Assembly (NCBI RefSeq): GCF_001194135.2
Contig: NC_068993.1
Span: 13,349,827-13,413,768 of the forward strand
From: Octopus bimaculoides
Taxonomy: Eukaryota
Length of the DNA: 63,942 bases
Reading direction: 5' to 3'
Positions 1 through 12,340 of the stretch are shown here, in pieces (positions within the stretch are counted from its first letter, which is position 1; each line of letters begins with the position of its first letter). The position numbers were made by a program, and so were the translations under genes. The notes under the pieces were generated by a model that had not been told where the DNA came from, did no database searches, and saw nothing but the letters and a program-made list of their open reading frames with translations.

Positions 1-34
<34 letters not shown>
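1..34. repeat. (TA)n microsatellite
   Basis: Pure AT dinucleotide run at the window start. Confidence 0.98.
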
Positions 35-36
<2 letters not shown>

Positions 37-559
37 ATGCATATGTATGTGTGAATGTATGCATGAATGTATGAGCATGCATGCATGCGTTTATGTTTGA
101 GCGGGCTGCTCGGTAATTAAATCCATACTAACAACTAAGCATCTATAAAGAGAATATCTAAAAGGAAGATTGGTTTCATTTAATTAGCTGCCGTGAAGAA
201 ACATTGGCGAAGAATAGCAAGCAAATGCTAAAGAACATGATGAATAATAGAAAGCACCAAAAATACACTGGCGTTCTTTCTTAATTTCTTTTTGCTTGTA
301 CGTCTCTCTCTCTTTCATTTTCTCTCCATGTCTCCCCACCCTTTGTGTGTCTGTTTGTCTCTCTCTCTCATTCTCTCTCTTTGTCTCTATCTATCAATTT
401 ATCTATCAATCTATCTATCTCAGACACATACATACACACACGCACACACGTGCTGCTATAAAAGCGAGCTAAACCTAAAGAGAATGTCTAGCATTAATAC
501 CATTTTCTTAAGAAGGATCTTGGTATTGGCATCATGCACACACACGCACACATATTTGT

Positions 560-590
<31 letters not shown>

Positions 591-3042
591 CAAGTGCATA
601 CAAGAATCTGAGCGTGTATATATGCATATGCCTGTGTATGTTTCGTCTGCTTTGCTCAAAGTCGTCATCTGCCAGTCACTTCATATACGCATTATAGGAA
701 ACAATTATATGCTTTCTTATATTTTTATTACAGCCAACAGATGGACTGCTGATATGATAAAGCTACAATAATATAATATAATTGCCTTATCATGTACACC
801 ATTGAGTTTCTAATTACTAATGTATTCTTAAGAGAAGTGAATAATATAATACATTATCGATATTCTTGTTTTTGTTGAAGAATGTAAGATTTTTGCTGGA
901 ACTTGTGGTTCCATAACTGTAGATTTCGTTTTTACGACGTACAATAGCTTAACGAAAATATGAAGAGAAAAAAAAATTAAAGTAGAAAAAAATGAAAAAA
1001 GGAAATGGTTATCTTATGAATTTTAAATGTAGCATATCTCACTTGTATAACCAATCACGAAGATACGACGATTATACATACACATGTACACACACACAAA
1101 CATGCTATACATACATACATATAATTTGTCCGTGCGTGCATGAATGAATATGTAGAGGTATCTTTTTCTGAACGGACCATTGATAAATAGAGCCAATTAT
1201 GTACATTGGAGTTCTTTATATATATATATATATAACATATGAATATTTATGTGTCTTTATTCCATTCTGGTCCCACTCTCAAATGAATAGTTTCTTTAAT
1301 ATTAGAGAAACTATGCATGATGTTAGTAGAAGTTGTCCTATTGGTGGTATTACTTGTAGCAGTAGTATGGTATAAGTATCTTTGGTAATGCTGGTAGCGT
1401 CGGTGGTGCTACGTCGGCTATCAATCATGAGAATTGATCAATTTATTGATGGAACTTGAATATTTGTCTGTAGCATTGCAAGTATTAGTAGAGGCAATCG
1501 TCTAAATTGTAGGTAAAGAACTAAGACAAGCCAAGCAGAGAACCTCTACGCGATCACGATTTACTAGAAATAGTGACGTCTTAAATGAGGGGAAAAGAAC
1601 TTAATATTATAATCATAGATTACCCACAATTCATTCAGGTGTATGGCTTCGGCAGGCATGTGTTACGTCATACACTTGGATGAAGAGTGCTTCGCAGGAG
1701 CTAAATCAAAACATAGGTCTGTGATAGTGTGGCGAATAAAATTTCGTCCAGCATCTTTCTCTGTTGTCCATTGAAGGCCAGAGGCACAAAACCTATCTTT
1801 AGATTAAGCCATTAAATTACAAGCAAAACATTGTTTTTCTCGATTTACAAACCTAAAGAAGCTAACTATTTCTAGTGTATATTCTTATGTAATATTTCTG
1901 GTTTTACTTCAACAAATCATAGCAAAGTACATTAAAATGTCTAAACTGTCTGAGACAGATTGCTGTTATACTGTTTCGGACTATTAACCGCATCTATACA
2001 AATCACAATATCTTACAAATATTTGCATCTACATTACATTATTTGTCTACTTTAGATTGTTTTTTCCTTGACATAATCAATGTACTAGAGTGAATTTCGA
2101 ACTAGGAATATTTATTTCTGAACCACCGGTTAAATTCGCTTATATCTCATAGCAACTGAAATATGGAACAAGTTCACACAAAGTTTATCAAATGATAACA
2201 GTGCTTCTTGGCGATACTTACACATGTGTGCTCTAGTTGTTACGTTCAACACGTTATATACATCCAGGGCTAACGCTGTCTTACTCACTGACGCAGTACA
2301 TCACACTTTTCTGTTGATGGGAGCTAATGACCTTTCGTTGGGGTGTGAAACTCTATATCATTTCGACCAACTGTCAGCCTTAAACAGTGATAAGGTCCCT
2401 ATTAAAATGACACAGAACATTCATGTGCAAGAGGTAAACTTCCGGGGAACCGAGAGCTTGCTCCGTATTTATTTTTTTATTTTATTAATATAGCCGGATG
2501 CATATACTTCACTGCTTGTATGATTAAGCTATGCATGAATACCACTGCCTCAAAACCATCGCCGATTTCCCGTTCTACAGTGGAATTTATAAGTTTGCTA
2601 CATTGCTGTTGTTTTATTCCTTGGTAGTTTTATAGCAATTTTCTGTCACTACCTATAATAAAAAAAAAAATGTAATTTAAATAACGTTATATAAATAATT
2701 ATTCATATAATTCGCGTTATATTGTTATTGTTGGTAGTTTTATCACATTAATGTGACAAAAGAGCAGGAGTGAAAACCTTTCGACTTTCTATTTATTGTG
2801 ACATTTAGAGCTGTTCGGTATAATGTCACGATAATATCACACATACGATCATATTTCTGCATCATCAGCCATTTCCGCCTAATATGAGTTATTCACAAAT
2901 ACACAGCTATATTTACTATTCGTAGCAAGTGAAATGCTTAACATTCGTGTCCCTCTCTCCATATGTAAATACGCGTTTGCTTGTTTGTTTGTTTTTGTGC
3001 GCATTCTCATGTGTGCATGTATGTATGTATGTATGTATGTAT

Positions 3043-3375
3043 GTGAATGCTCATGGCTCAGTGGTTATATCGTCAGCCTTACAGTCATGTGGCAGTGAGT
3101 TCGATCCCTGGACCGGGCTGTGTGTTGTGCTCTTGAGCAAGACACTTTATTTCACGTTGCTCCAGTTAACTCAGCTGTAGAAACGAGTTGCGACATCACT
3201 GGTGCCAAGCTGTATCGACCTTTGTCTTTCCCTTGGACAACATCGATTGCATGTAAAGGGGTGGCTGGTATGCATGGGCAACTGCTGGTCTTCCATAAAC
3301 AACGTTCTCCGGACTTGTGCATTGGAGAGAGAGTTTGTAGGTGAAATCCCATGGCCATTCGTGACAGAAGGGGCT
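3043..3375 (+). mobile_element. tRNA-derived SINE, family D here (CORE-like centre), near full length
   Basis: A-box-like TGGCTCAGTGG and B-box GAGTTCGATCC, then CTTGAGCAAGACACTTTAT resembling the CORE-SINE motif. Related fragments occur at about 10.9, 12.3, 20.5 and 32.0 kb. Confidence 0.85.
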
Positions 3376-6300
3376 CTTTACTCTTTATGCATATGTATAT
3401 ATGAGAGAGAGAAAGTGGGAGAAACTATAGTCCTATAAACTGTTAACAAGACTAACTAATGTGTCCTACCTTGCTTTAATAAGGCAGCAAATCCTTTGAG
3501 ATAGATTTGATTGCTAGTTCTAGCATGTTAATTCACGCCCTATTTTTGTTTCTATTAGATTCTAAATATGTTTACAATAAAATAGAAAAGAATATGCCCT
3601 ACTATATAACAAAATGGTTACTTTTCTAGTATAATCTTAACTAGTGTGCCTGCGAACTATATCTCTATTGTAGAAGCTCTCTTAATGGCTGGAATAGTTG
3701 ATAACTGTAGCTGTTCAATCACTCTTGTATATGTATAGAAGAGAGCAAAACTTTTACTCAACAGTAAAGGATCAATTTTTTTGATTTGATTGATTGATTG
3801 ATTGATTGATTGGTATTTTATACTGTAGCTGTCAAATTTTATGAAACTTGCACTTTTAGCTGTGTAATTAGGGTAAGAATGCCTGGTGAGAAAATCCAAT
3901 ATCTATACAAACTATCACCAAGGAAGCAGTTGAACGCAGCACTTTATACTAGCAAAACATGCATCAATTATGCAATGATCTTGCAGCTTGCAATGAAAAG
4001 CTGTAAAACACTGCGGCGATATCTTCTCACTAGATGCACAGACCCGTTAAGTGTGTGGTGCTTTTACTGTGACAGTCTACACTAGAGGAATGTTAACATT
4101 ATGCGAATGACTGTTTGGTTAGTGGATTGAAAATATCAGCAACCATTTTCTGAGATTCAACATAACATGTATATATGTTCGTGCTCTTTTTGAAATTTGA
4201 GATGCTGATTATAAAGCCATTATTATTCCATATTATTGTTTAACTTTATCACAAACGGTTTTGTTTAATTTACAATGCTTCCTTTTTATTGCCATTGGCG
4301 CCGAATTCAGCTGACAAGATTACACAACCTGTTCCACATCTTTGTATTTCTTCATAATTACATGAGAGATTTAGGTTGTAAGGCCTCAGATTTGAACCCA
4401 TGACTATGTCATCTAGCGCAGCAGTCATTTTCTGTAGATTTGAGTCGACCTAAACCATGTGAGTAAAATTGAGTAAATGGAAAATAAATACAGAAAAGAA
4501 GCCCATCGAAATTCGAAATGTGCACATTTGTTCAACACTGTCAAACTGATACTGCTTGAGAGTTACATTGAGGTTACACTTGTCCGTGGAATACTCAACA
4601 AAATAGACGCTCTAATCTACCACGCTAATGTACCTTTGCGTTTCGATATTCGTTGCTTGTCAATCAGCTTCTTAGTAAAGAGTGTTTGACATCGTTGTTA
4701 GTGTGTAAGTGAGATAATTGTTTCAAGTCAATGATCATGAACTAAATAAACGTTGATGTTGTACAAGGATACAGCAATGCAGAAGGAGAGGACGAATAAA
4801 TCGTTACCAGTACGTGATAATTTTAGTTTTCATTAATTGACATCGGGAAAACGATGGAAGTCAGTCGACCTCAGCTAAGATTTAACTTTAAATTAAATAA
4901 ATGTGAGACAGTTTACGCATATGCTACTCCAGAATCTCGTCTTAAAACCAAGTAGTACAATAATTCTAAGTGTAATTAAAAATAAATTATGATTTCAAAG
5001 ATTGGCAGAATGCCATGGAATTATTGGGAGGAGTATAACTAATTTAGCTGATCCCATGGCTCTCGGTTTTATTAGTATACATTTCATAATCTCTGAGAGA
5101 AGAAAGGCAAAACCAATTTCGTAGTGCTAAAATACTTTAAACTATTTAATCCGATGTTCTCTGCACGCTTTACTGACTATTCTGAAATTTTACAATTTTC
5201 ATGTCCCACTGCGCATTACATCAAACATTTCCCACGTGATATGACTTTTTGAAATATTTCTTCTAATATCGGTCGACATGTTGATCAGCCTACATCCCCC
5301 CCACCGCTTTTTTTTGTTTTCTCTCGACGTTTAATCAACCTGTGGAAGATGGAGTTAAATATCAACAGTATATATATTATCATTCTGAGAACATCTACAT
5401 AGAAATTGGAGTTATGAATGCTGTTTTCAGCAGATTTTATTAAAACACAGCGTATACAGTTCATTCACAGTCTCAGCACTAACTTTTCTTCTGTCCATTG
5501 GTTTCACCGATTGTCATTCCCATCAGTACATCACATACATACATACATACAAGTAGATAGGTAGGTAGGTAGGTAGGTAAGTAGGTAGGTAGGTCGGTAG
5601 GGAGGTAGACAAGAAGATAGATAGATAGATAGACGAATTGCGAGACAGTCGGCTATCTATAAACACACAAATACAGGCTTATGTACGTTAGTGCGCGTGC
5701 ATGTGTGTGTTTACGCGTAGGTAAACCGGATTATTTTTTTCGAACATAACGGTTTCGTCCAGCTGAGGTTGGTCGATCCTACTCGTCGGTGTGTCTGAGA
5801 AAGAGATTATATATTAAAGATTGTATAAGAAGCTCTTTCCCCATCATCTCTTTCACTGTATGTATGTATATATATATATATATATATACATACATACGCG
5901 CGCAAACACAAGCATACACTTATACACACACACACAAACGCACACATATATACACATATGCGCATATTATTGGATCAATATGTCACAGAGGAGTGGATTC
6001 AGTTGGATTCACCAGTGCAATAAGCCTAGGTATGTTTGTAGGCATTTTTAATGTTTTTTTTTTCTTTTAGCTGGAGCTAAGCATCGCTAGCTAGAAAGAA
6101 TATTTTATAGCATAGCTATTGAAAATTGACGACCGATGCAACTAACCGACACAAAATGTGTGTATATATGTACACATAGATACGTGCCTGTATGTGTACA
6201 CACCCACAAAGACACACGTGCATATAGGTATGGGTATATGTATATTTATATGTATATGTTGATATGTACGTATATAGGTAAGTACACGAACACGTATGTG

Positions 6301-7102
6301 TCTCTGTGTGTGTGCGTGTGGGGCTGGTGGTATGTATGTGTATATGTATACTGAGAAAGAGATGCATGACAGTGGATATAAATACAAACGTGCATGCATG
6401 TATGTAGAAACTTGGGAATTCACCTTGATATACCACGTATCGAAAATTGATTTATTTTTTTCTTTCATTGTGTTGTATTGTATTTATATCTTCTTTTTTT
6501 CCCCTCGTTCATCTACGTATTTCTTTATAAGAAATCTAGTATCTTTTCTCCGCGGTGGGGGAGATGCGTCACATGGGCCACGAAAACGTGACCTTTAAGA
6601 CATCTTCATTCTTAATCTTGAAAGCAGTAACAATATATATGACGGTTCTTTCATAGACTTTGAAGTATGACTCTGCAATAAGGATGCTGCTTGTCTAACT
6701 GAAGACTTCTCTCCATTTATTTCAACATCCGAAGACTTCTATTCATTCATCCTTCTATCTGAAGACTTCTATCTATGTATCTCTGTATTGTACTAAATTT
6801 CCTTATATTTTTGTTATGATTTATTGCGCTACAGGCAGTTAGTCATTTATTTAGTTATATTTAAATACAGTGCAGAATATAAGAAGATAATGAGATCATG
6901 TGACATTCATGCTTTTCTAAATATTACGACCATCGTACTATAGAAAGTAATGTGTTTCAAACTGAAATCAAGACCGGCGTGTTCGGTTTCAAGTTGGGAA
7001 TCAATTCTTGACATGAATGATTTCTAATCTGGATTTTGTATGATTTCATTTTATTTTATTCACTTATTTATTCATTGGATTTAATGAATTCAAGAGGATG
7101 AA

Positions 7103-7277
7103 GTTAGTCGATGTCGTATCCGTAACACATGATTTTACGGTACTTTATCTTATCGAATCTGAAAGGATAAATGGCAAAATTGACCCCAGCAGAATTTGAA
7201 CTAAGAACGTAAATACTCGGAAGAAATGTCGCTATGTACACTGTCCGACGATTTAACCATTCTGCCATTTCACCGCC
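7103..7277 (-). mobile_element. SINE family B copy, diverged
   Basis: Reverse complement aligns to the better copies at 15608-15822 and 42772-43005 (GGCAGAAT head, GTTCAAAT box, AAGTACC central part). Confidence 0.8.
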
Positions 7278-8165
7278 CAATTCTTCTAAAATTACAATAT
7301 CTAACTACCATTTTTTTTCTTTGTAAAGACAATCGCACGTTAAAATGTATATAAACGTTTAGCTGCCATTTCTTACAAATTTTGCTTCCACGTAGTGGCT
7401 TTCTCATTCTTTCGTTGCCATCATGTATAATACATAACAATACTGTTTGCTTAATTTTCAAAATGTAATCCTTAATTATGTAAATATACAAATGACCGCA
7501 AGTGTACGTATGATAATAAGCTAAATGCTACAAATGCCCTATTTCTTCTCACAAGAGAATAGACACTTGAGTCTTTTGGAAGGCATTAGCATATTGGCTG
7601 TTATTTAATATGGCTTATTTAAAGCTTGTCTCAGGAAACTAAAACTCAAACATTCACAATTAAGTGCCGCCTTCTGATTAGACCTCTATATGTTCTACAA
7701 TCAACTTGGTTTATTATATTGATAATATTATGTTTCACATTTGTTGTACTTATTGTTTCGTCACAAGTTACTTCTCACAAAACAGAGATATGTTCAAATG
7801 CCAAAGGTACGTCAGCCATTATTGTCACGACATTTTCCAATAAAGACATAGATTGCTACGCGCAACATTATTCTATACGCAGTAGGTAAAGTCCTTTGGG
7901 TTTCGAATACACTTCAAAGGAGTATTCGCAAGCAGCGTTTGTGGCACAAACAGACATTGAGTTATTATACGTTAAGACACGTAATTCCAAAATGTTATAC
8001 GTCCAGTATAGGAAGCAACAGGGATATCGATGAAGTATGAAAATGACTTGCAAATCCCTTTTCAAGTTATTAAGCAAGGAATTACCGTTTAAATAATGGG
8101 TTCTTACATAACATTTAAATTGTTTCAAAATTTGACACGAGACTAGTTATTTTAGAGGAACTAGG

Positions 8166-8325
8166 TTAGTCGATTACATCGACCCCAGAGCTCAACTATT
8201 GCATATCTTATCGACTTCGACCGGATGAAAGGCAAAGTCGACATCGCCTTCAGTTAAACTCAGAAAGGAAAGAACCTGAAGAAAAAAAAATGCTGAATAT
8301 TTTGTTCGTCGCGCTAAGGATTCTC
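8166..8325 (-). mobile_element. SINE family B copy, diverged
   Basis: TAGTCGATTACATCGACCCCAG...GGATGAAAGGCAAAGTCGAC shared with other B copies. Confidence 0.8.
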
Positions 8326-8582
8326 TCATATCAATGCCTTACATAACCTTTAAATAACAATAATTGTAGCTGGAATGCGTTGGATTTTGAGTTTCCTTCA
8401 TTAGCGTTGACCAAGAGGAAAACAGCAATAAAAATTTTCTGTATGCTCAGTGAGGAAAGAAATCAATATATTTTGTATCTGTGTATAAAAATTAATAATT
8501 AAACTCCTGAAGTGGTAGACTACCCAACTAAATGTTTTGGCAGCATTTACATTATAAATGTTAACATTAATTAACTTTCATT

Positions 8583-8750
8583 GGTGAGGTGGCAGACTCG
8601 TTAACACATCTGGAGAATTATATTGCTGTTTTTAGTAACAACTTTTTAGGTTGTGACTTCATATACTTTTGAGGTTTAACTTCGTATTTAGCTTTCCCTA
8701 GCTCGACAAAATAAAGTAGCTGTCTAGTACTGGGATCAATATGATCGATT
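8583..8750 (+). mobile_element. SINE family B copy, highly diverged
   Basis: GGTGAGGTGGCAGACTCGTTA head and GTACTGGGATCAATATGATCGA 3' part. Confidence 0.55.
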
Positions 8751-9017
8751 GTTTGTTTTTCCTTAATCCCAGATCTTATGTTTATCTAATAAACTAACAT
8801 TAATACATTGTCCCGTTGATGATTTACTAACCATGAAAGTTAATGATTAAGTTAATGATTAACTAAATATCAAAGAAACATTTACCGCTAAGATACACAG
8901 AGATATTCAACCAGTTACAAGAATATCATTTAAGATTGATGCTTTATGCGCAAGAAAACATTATTATTGATTATTGAAATAGAAGACAGTGTCGACATTT
9001 TTTTGCTTCAGTTTTCA

Positions 9018-9059
9018 CTTACACCACCCTACACCAGAAATGGTGTAGGGTGGTGTAAG
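9018..9059. repeat. Perfect inverted repeat (19-bp arms, GAAA spacer)
   Basis: CTTACACCACCCTACACCA-GAAA-TGGTGTAGGGTGGTGTAAG; arms are exact reverse complements. Confidence 0.97.
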
Positions 9060-9761
9060 GATGTCTTTGTATATCGTCCTTCGAAGTTCAAGTACGCGCA
9101 AAACGGAGTGGCAGTATCGTTGAAAGAATGATCTATGCCCCGCCACCTGCTAAATATATCGCGATATATGGTAAAAATACATCAATTCTAAAATGAGCGT
9201 GTATGTGTTCGTGCGCGTCTGAAGATGTGCGTGTGAGAGAGAGAGAGAGAGAGAGTGTGTGTATGTGTGCCGAGAAATAGTGAGAACTGACACAGAAAAA
9301 GAGAGGTATGAACTGGAATGAGGAAAAGAGACTGAGAAGTAGAAGGAGATGGTTATTCGTGATAAACACATATCAAGTTTAATAAATGTACATTTGGTAT
9401 TATGGGATCATACATCAGGAATATCATTAGTTCTATCTGGAACATTCCCTGAGTGACGTGACACGCAAACATACAACGGGCAATTTAACACTTGCTTGTG
9501 TCTCAAGACACACTCAGTGTTAAGACAACGTATTACTTTCCTCGAGAAACACATGCTGTTACATTTGACAGCATCAACATAATTTGTACTTACATGTAGA
9601 ATCATTTATAGAACAATAATGGTATTGGATGCATCAGCAGTAGTACTAGTAGTATTAGGAATAAACAGACAGTTTGTAATAGTAATAGTAATAATAATAA
9701 TAAGGATCAGAGTACTATCAGCAAAACAACAACGATTTAACTGCCATTAAATGGTCAAAAT

Positions 9762-10065
9762 GGAGGCTCATGGTCTAGAGTTTTGAGCAGTGGACTCGCG
9801 ATGGAGGGATCGAATCTCAGACCGAGTGATGTGTGTGTTTGTGAGCGAAACAACTAAACTCCACGCGGCTCTGGCAGAAGGTAATGGCGAACTTTTGCTG
9901 ATTCTTTTGCCAGGAATTCCTCTCATTCGTTCCTCCTGCATTTAGCATCTCGCCTGCGACGGACCGGCGTTCCGTCCAGGTGGGGTACCTATACGCCAAC
10001 GAAACCGAAAAACTGGCCCTTATGAGCCAGGCATGGCTCGTGAAGGATCAAACAGCAACAATAAG
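9762..10065 (+). mobile_element. tRNA-derived SINE with family C-type head and a distinct 3' half
   Basis: 5' half aligns with the copy at 14556 (GGAGGC.CA.GG, GAGCGAAAC, CTCCACG.GGCTC.GGCAG). 3' half is unrelated and ends in a CAA-rich tail. Confidence 0.8.
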
Positions 10066-10454
10066 AAACGGTCAAATAGAATAATTTGCGAGATGCTTCC
10101 GGTTCTCTGCTCTCTGAGATCAAATCACGTCGAGGTAAAGTTTACCTTTTGTACTTTCGGTGTCGATGAAGTACCAATGAAGAGTTATGAATGAGTAGAG
10201 TTATAATACCAGGAAATGCAGCAGAGGAATTGTAGCACCTGTTCCGATATTTTGCGCTCTCATAGCAACGCCTTCGACGAAACTAGTGCCAAACGTTCTT
10301 GTCTGTTGTCTTTCCTTTAGACAAAATCGATGGCGGTGTGATGAACAGAGAAATACATGCAGGGGTAACTCATGATCTTCTTTAACAATAACAAGAACAA
10401 TAAAAATAATAATACTTTCGAATTTTGGCATAAGACCAGCAATCTCAAGGAGAC

Positions 10455-10810
10455 TGATTTAATCGATTACTTCGACACCTGCGCTCAATTATTACTTATT
10501 TATCGACTTAAAATGGACAAAAAGCAGATTTGACCTCGGTGGCATTTGAACGTACATACTGAAGAAATGTCACTTGCCATTTTGTCCGGTGTACTCGGCG
10601 CGTTATGATTTCAAATTATGGCACAAGGCCAGCAAGTTTTTGAGGAAAGGGTAAATCACTTACAATTATCATGCTTCTTGACCAGTACATTATTTTCAAA
10701 AGGATAATAGGCGAAGTTGAGACCTCAGTGAGATTCAGAACTGTGAACTTTAAGAGCAGAGAGAAACGCCACTACCCATTTTCTAACGGTTCTACCATAT
10801 CGCCGCCTTT
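10455..10810 (-). mobile_element. Two adjacent diverged SINE family B copies (about 10455-10560 and 10610-10810)
   Basis: AATCGATTACTTCGAC...TTGACCTCGGTGGCATTTGAAC, then GGCACAAGGCCAGCAAG...CTAACGGTTCTACCATATCGCCGCCTT. Confidence 0.7.
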
Positions 10811-10837
10811 ATAACTGGTATTCTGTCGGTTACAGTC

Positions 10838-10996
10838 TGCTCCTGAAATTAACGTGCAAGTGGATGAGAACTTCAGTCACGTGTTGGAACAATGTAAAAT
10901 AAATTGTCTTGTTCAAGGGTAAAACGCGCCACCGAGAATCGAACTAAGGACCTTACGATCGTGAGCCGAATACCGTTACCCTAAGCCACGCGTCTT
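10838..10996 (-). mobile_element. SINE fragment: family D head/CORE joined to family C-like 3' sequence
   Basis: tRNA-like head at 10930-10996, AAATTGTCTTGTTCAAGG core, and GAAATTAACGTGCAAGTGG matching family C. Confidence 0.65.
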
Positions 10997-11095
10997 AACC
11001 TTTGCATTGGAGAATAACTTGCACCCTACAGATCCAAAATTTACACCTATCAAGTAGGTAGTAGTAGTATTAGTAGTAGTAGTAACAGCAGTAGT

Positions 11096-11335
11096 AACAG
11101 CAGCAGCGTTAGTTTAAACGTATACAAATGTGTATATTAGTAGTAATAGTAGTAGTAGTAATAGTAGTAGTAGTAGTAGTAACAGTAGTAGTAGTAGTAA
11201 CAGCAGCAGCGTTAGTTTAAACGTATACAAATGTGTATATTAGTAGTAGTAGTAGTAACAGCAGTAGGAGTAGTAGTAGCAGATGTAGTAGTAGTAGTAA
11301 CAGCAGTAGCGTTAGTTTAAACGTATACAAATGCA
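11096..11335. repeat. Three-unit minisatellite of about 100 bp with (AGT)n-rich spacers
   Basis: GCGTTAGTTTAAACGTATACAAATG starts at 11106, 11209 and 11309. Confidence 0.92.
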
Positions 11336-12234
11336 TAGATACTAATTTTCCTGAGAACAAAAAAAAAAAAAGACACTCATATGAATTTTCTAGATACACG
11401 CTCACGTACACATAGAAACACTGGTAGAGAGGAGCATACACACATATCTGAAGTATAACCACGCATGTACAAACAAAGTCGGAATTGGCAGCACGTCATA
11501 GCGTGACAATTTGCAAAAGAGGCAAAATAACTTATTAAGTTCACATCAGAGCACCAGAATTGGCACAACTCACTCACATCAACACACGAACTGATACATA
11601 CACATAAACACAAATATTCAGACACACAAGCACACAAATATTATGGCATGCACACATACATGCACACACAGGCATACAGATATTATGGCATGACTACAGT
11701 CGGGTAGCTGTTGACGTGTATGTGTAGTAGTAGTAATAGTAGTAGTGTGAGTGCATGTATGTATATGCACATATATATGTACGTAAACAAACATACATAT
11801 ATATACTATGTATAACGCACAGATATATGTGCACACAAACAATATGAGAACGCGTTACTTGTGCTACTTTCATCTTGGCTTACAAGAAATATCAGTCAAA
11901 TGTTGCTGAAATACTCTTTTGTAAATTGAAAATCCTTTGATGGAGGATGAAATTGTTATTATGATGATTTTAAATCGTACTCCTTGTTGATTCATAGTTT
12001 AGCATCAACAGTTACTATAAAACATTTTGTCGCATGCAGCTTTATCAGCTTGGCCGTCACTCGCAAGCGAGTTTGACTTGATACTCGCGTTCGTTAACTG
12101 TTTTTATTGCGTACCTGTGTCGTTCTTCCACCTCTGATCCAGCAGCACATCGCGTATGTGACAGCTGGAGAGGGAGGGACAGGTGCATAAGTACTAGAGT
12201 GGTACTTATCTACAGGTGAGCAGACTAGAGCGAC

Positions 12235-12340
12235 CCGAAATTAGGTGCTTTAGTCAAGATCACAATGCATCACCGCGTCTAGAAATCGAACCCTCGACCT
12301 CATGGTCGTGAATCAATACCCTAACGACTGTGCCTCGTAG
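12235..12340 (-). mobile_element. SINE family D head fragment
   Basis: GTGCTTTAGTCAAGATCACAATG core remnant plus GAAATCGAACCCTCGACCTCATGGTCGTGA (reverse B box and tRNA-like head). Confidence 0.6.

Noticed and set aside
2224-2493. 89-aa ORF with a GAG|gtaaac donor-like site
   Set aside because: No convincing acceptor and no recognisable homology.
2743-2756. 14-bp palindrome TCACATTAATGTGA
   Set aside because: Within chance expectation for AT-rich 64 kb; no supporting context.
6071-6092. Acceptor followed by LELSIAS, resembling the residues before YGY in Cys-loop receptors
   Set aside because: Lacks the invariant Cys, has no GT donor, and is followed by an in-frame TAG.
11096-11335. CRISPR interpretation of the anchor-spacer array (also 6699-6770)
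   Set aside because: Eukaryotic context, spacers are microsatellite-like, only three units, and no cas genes.
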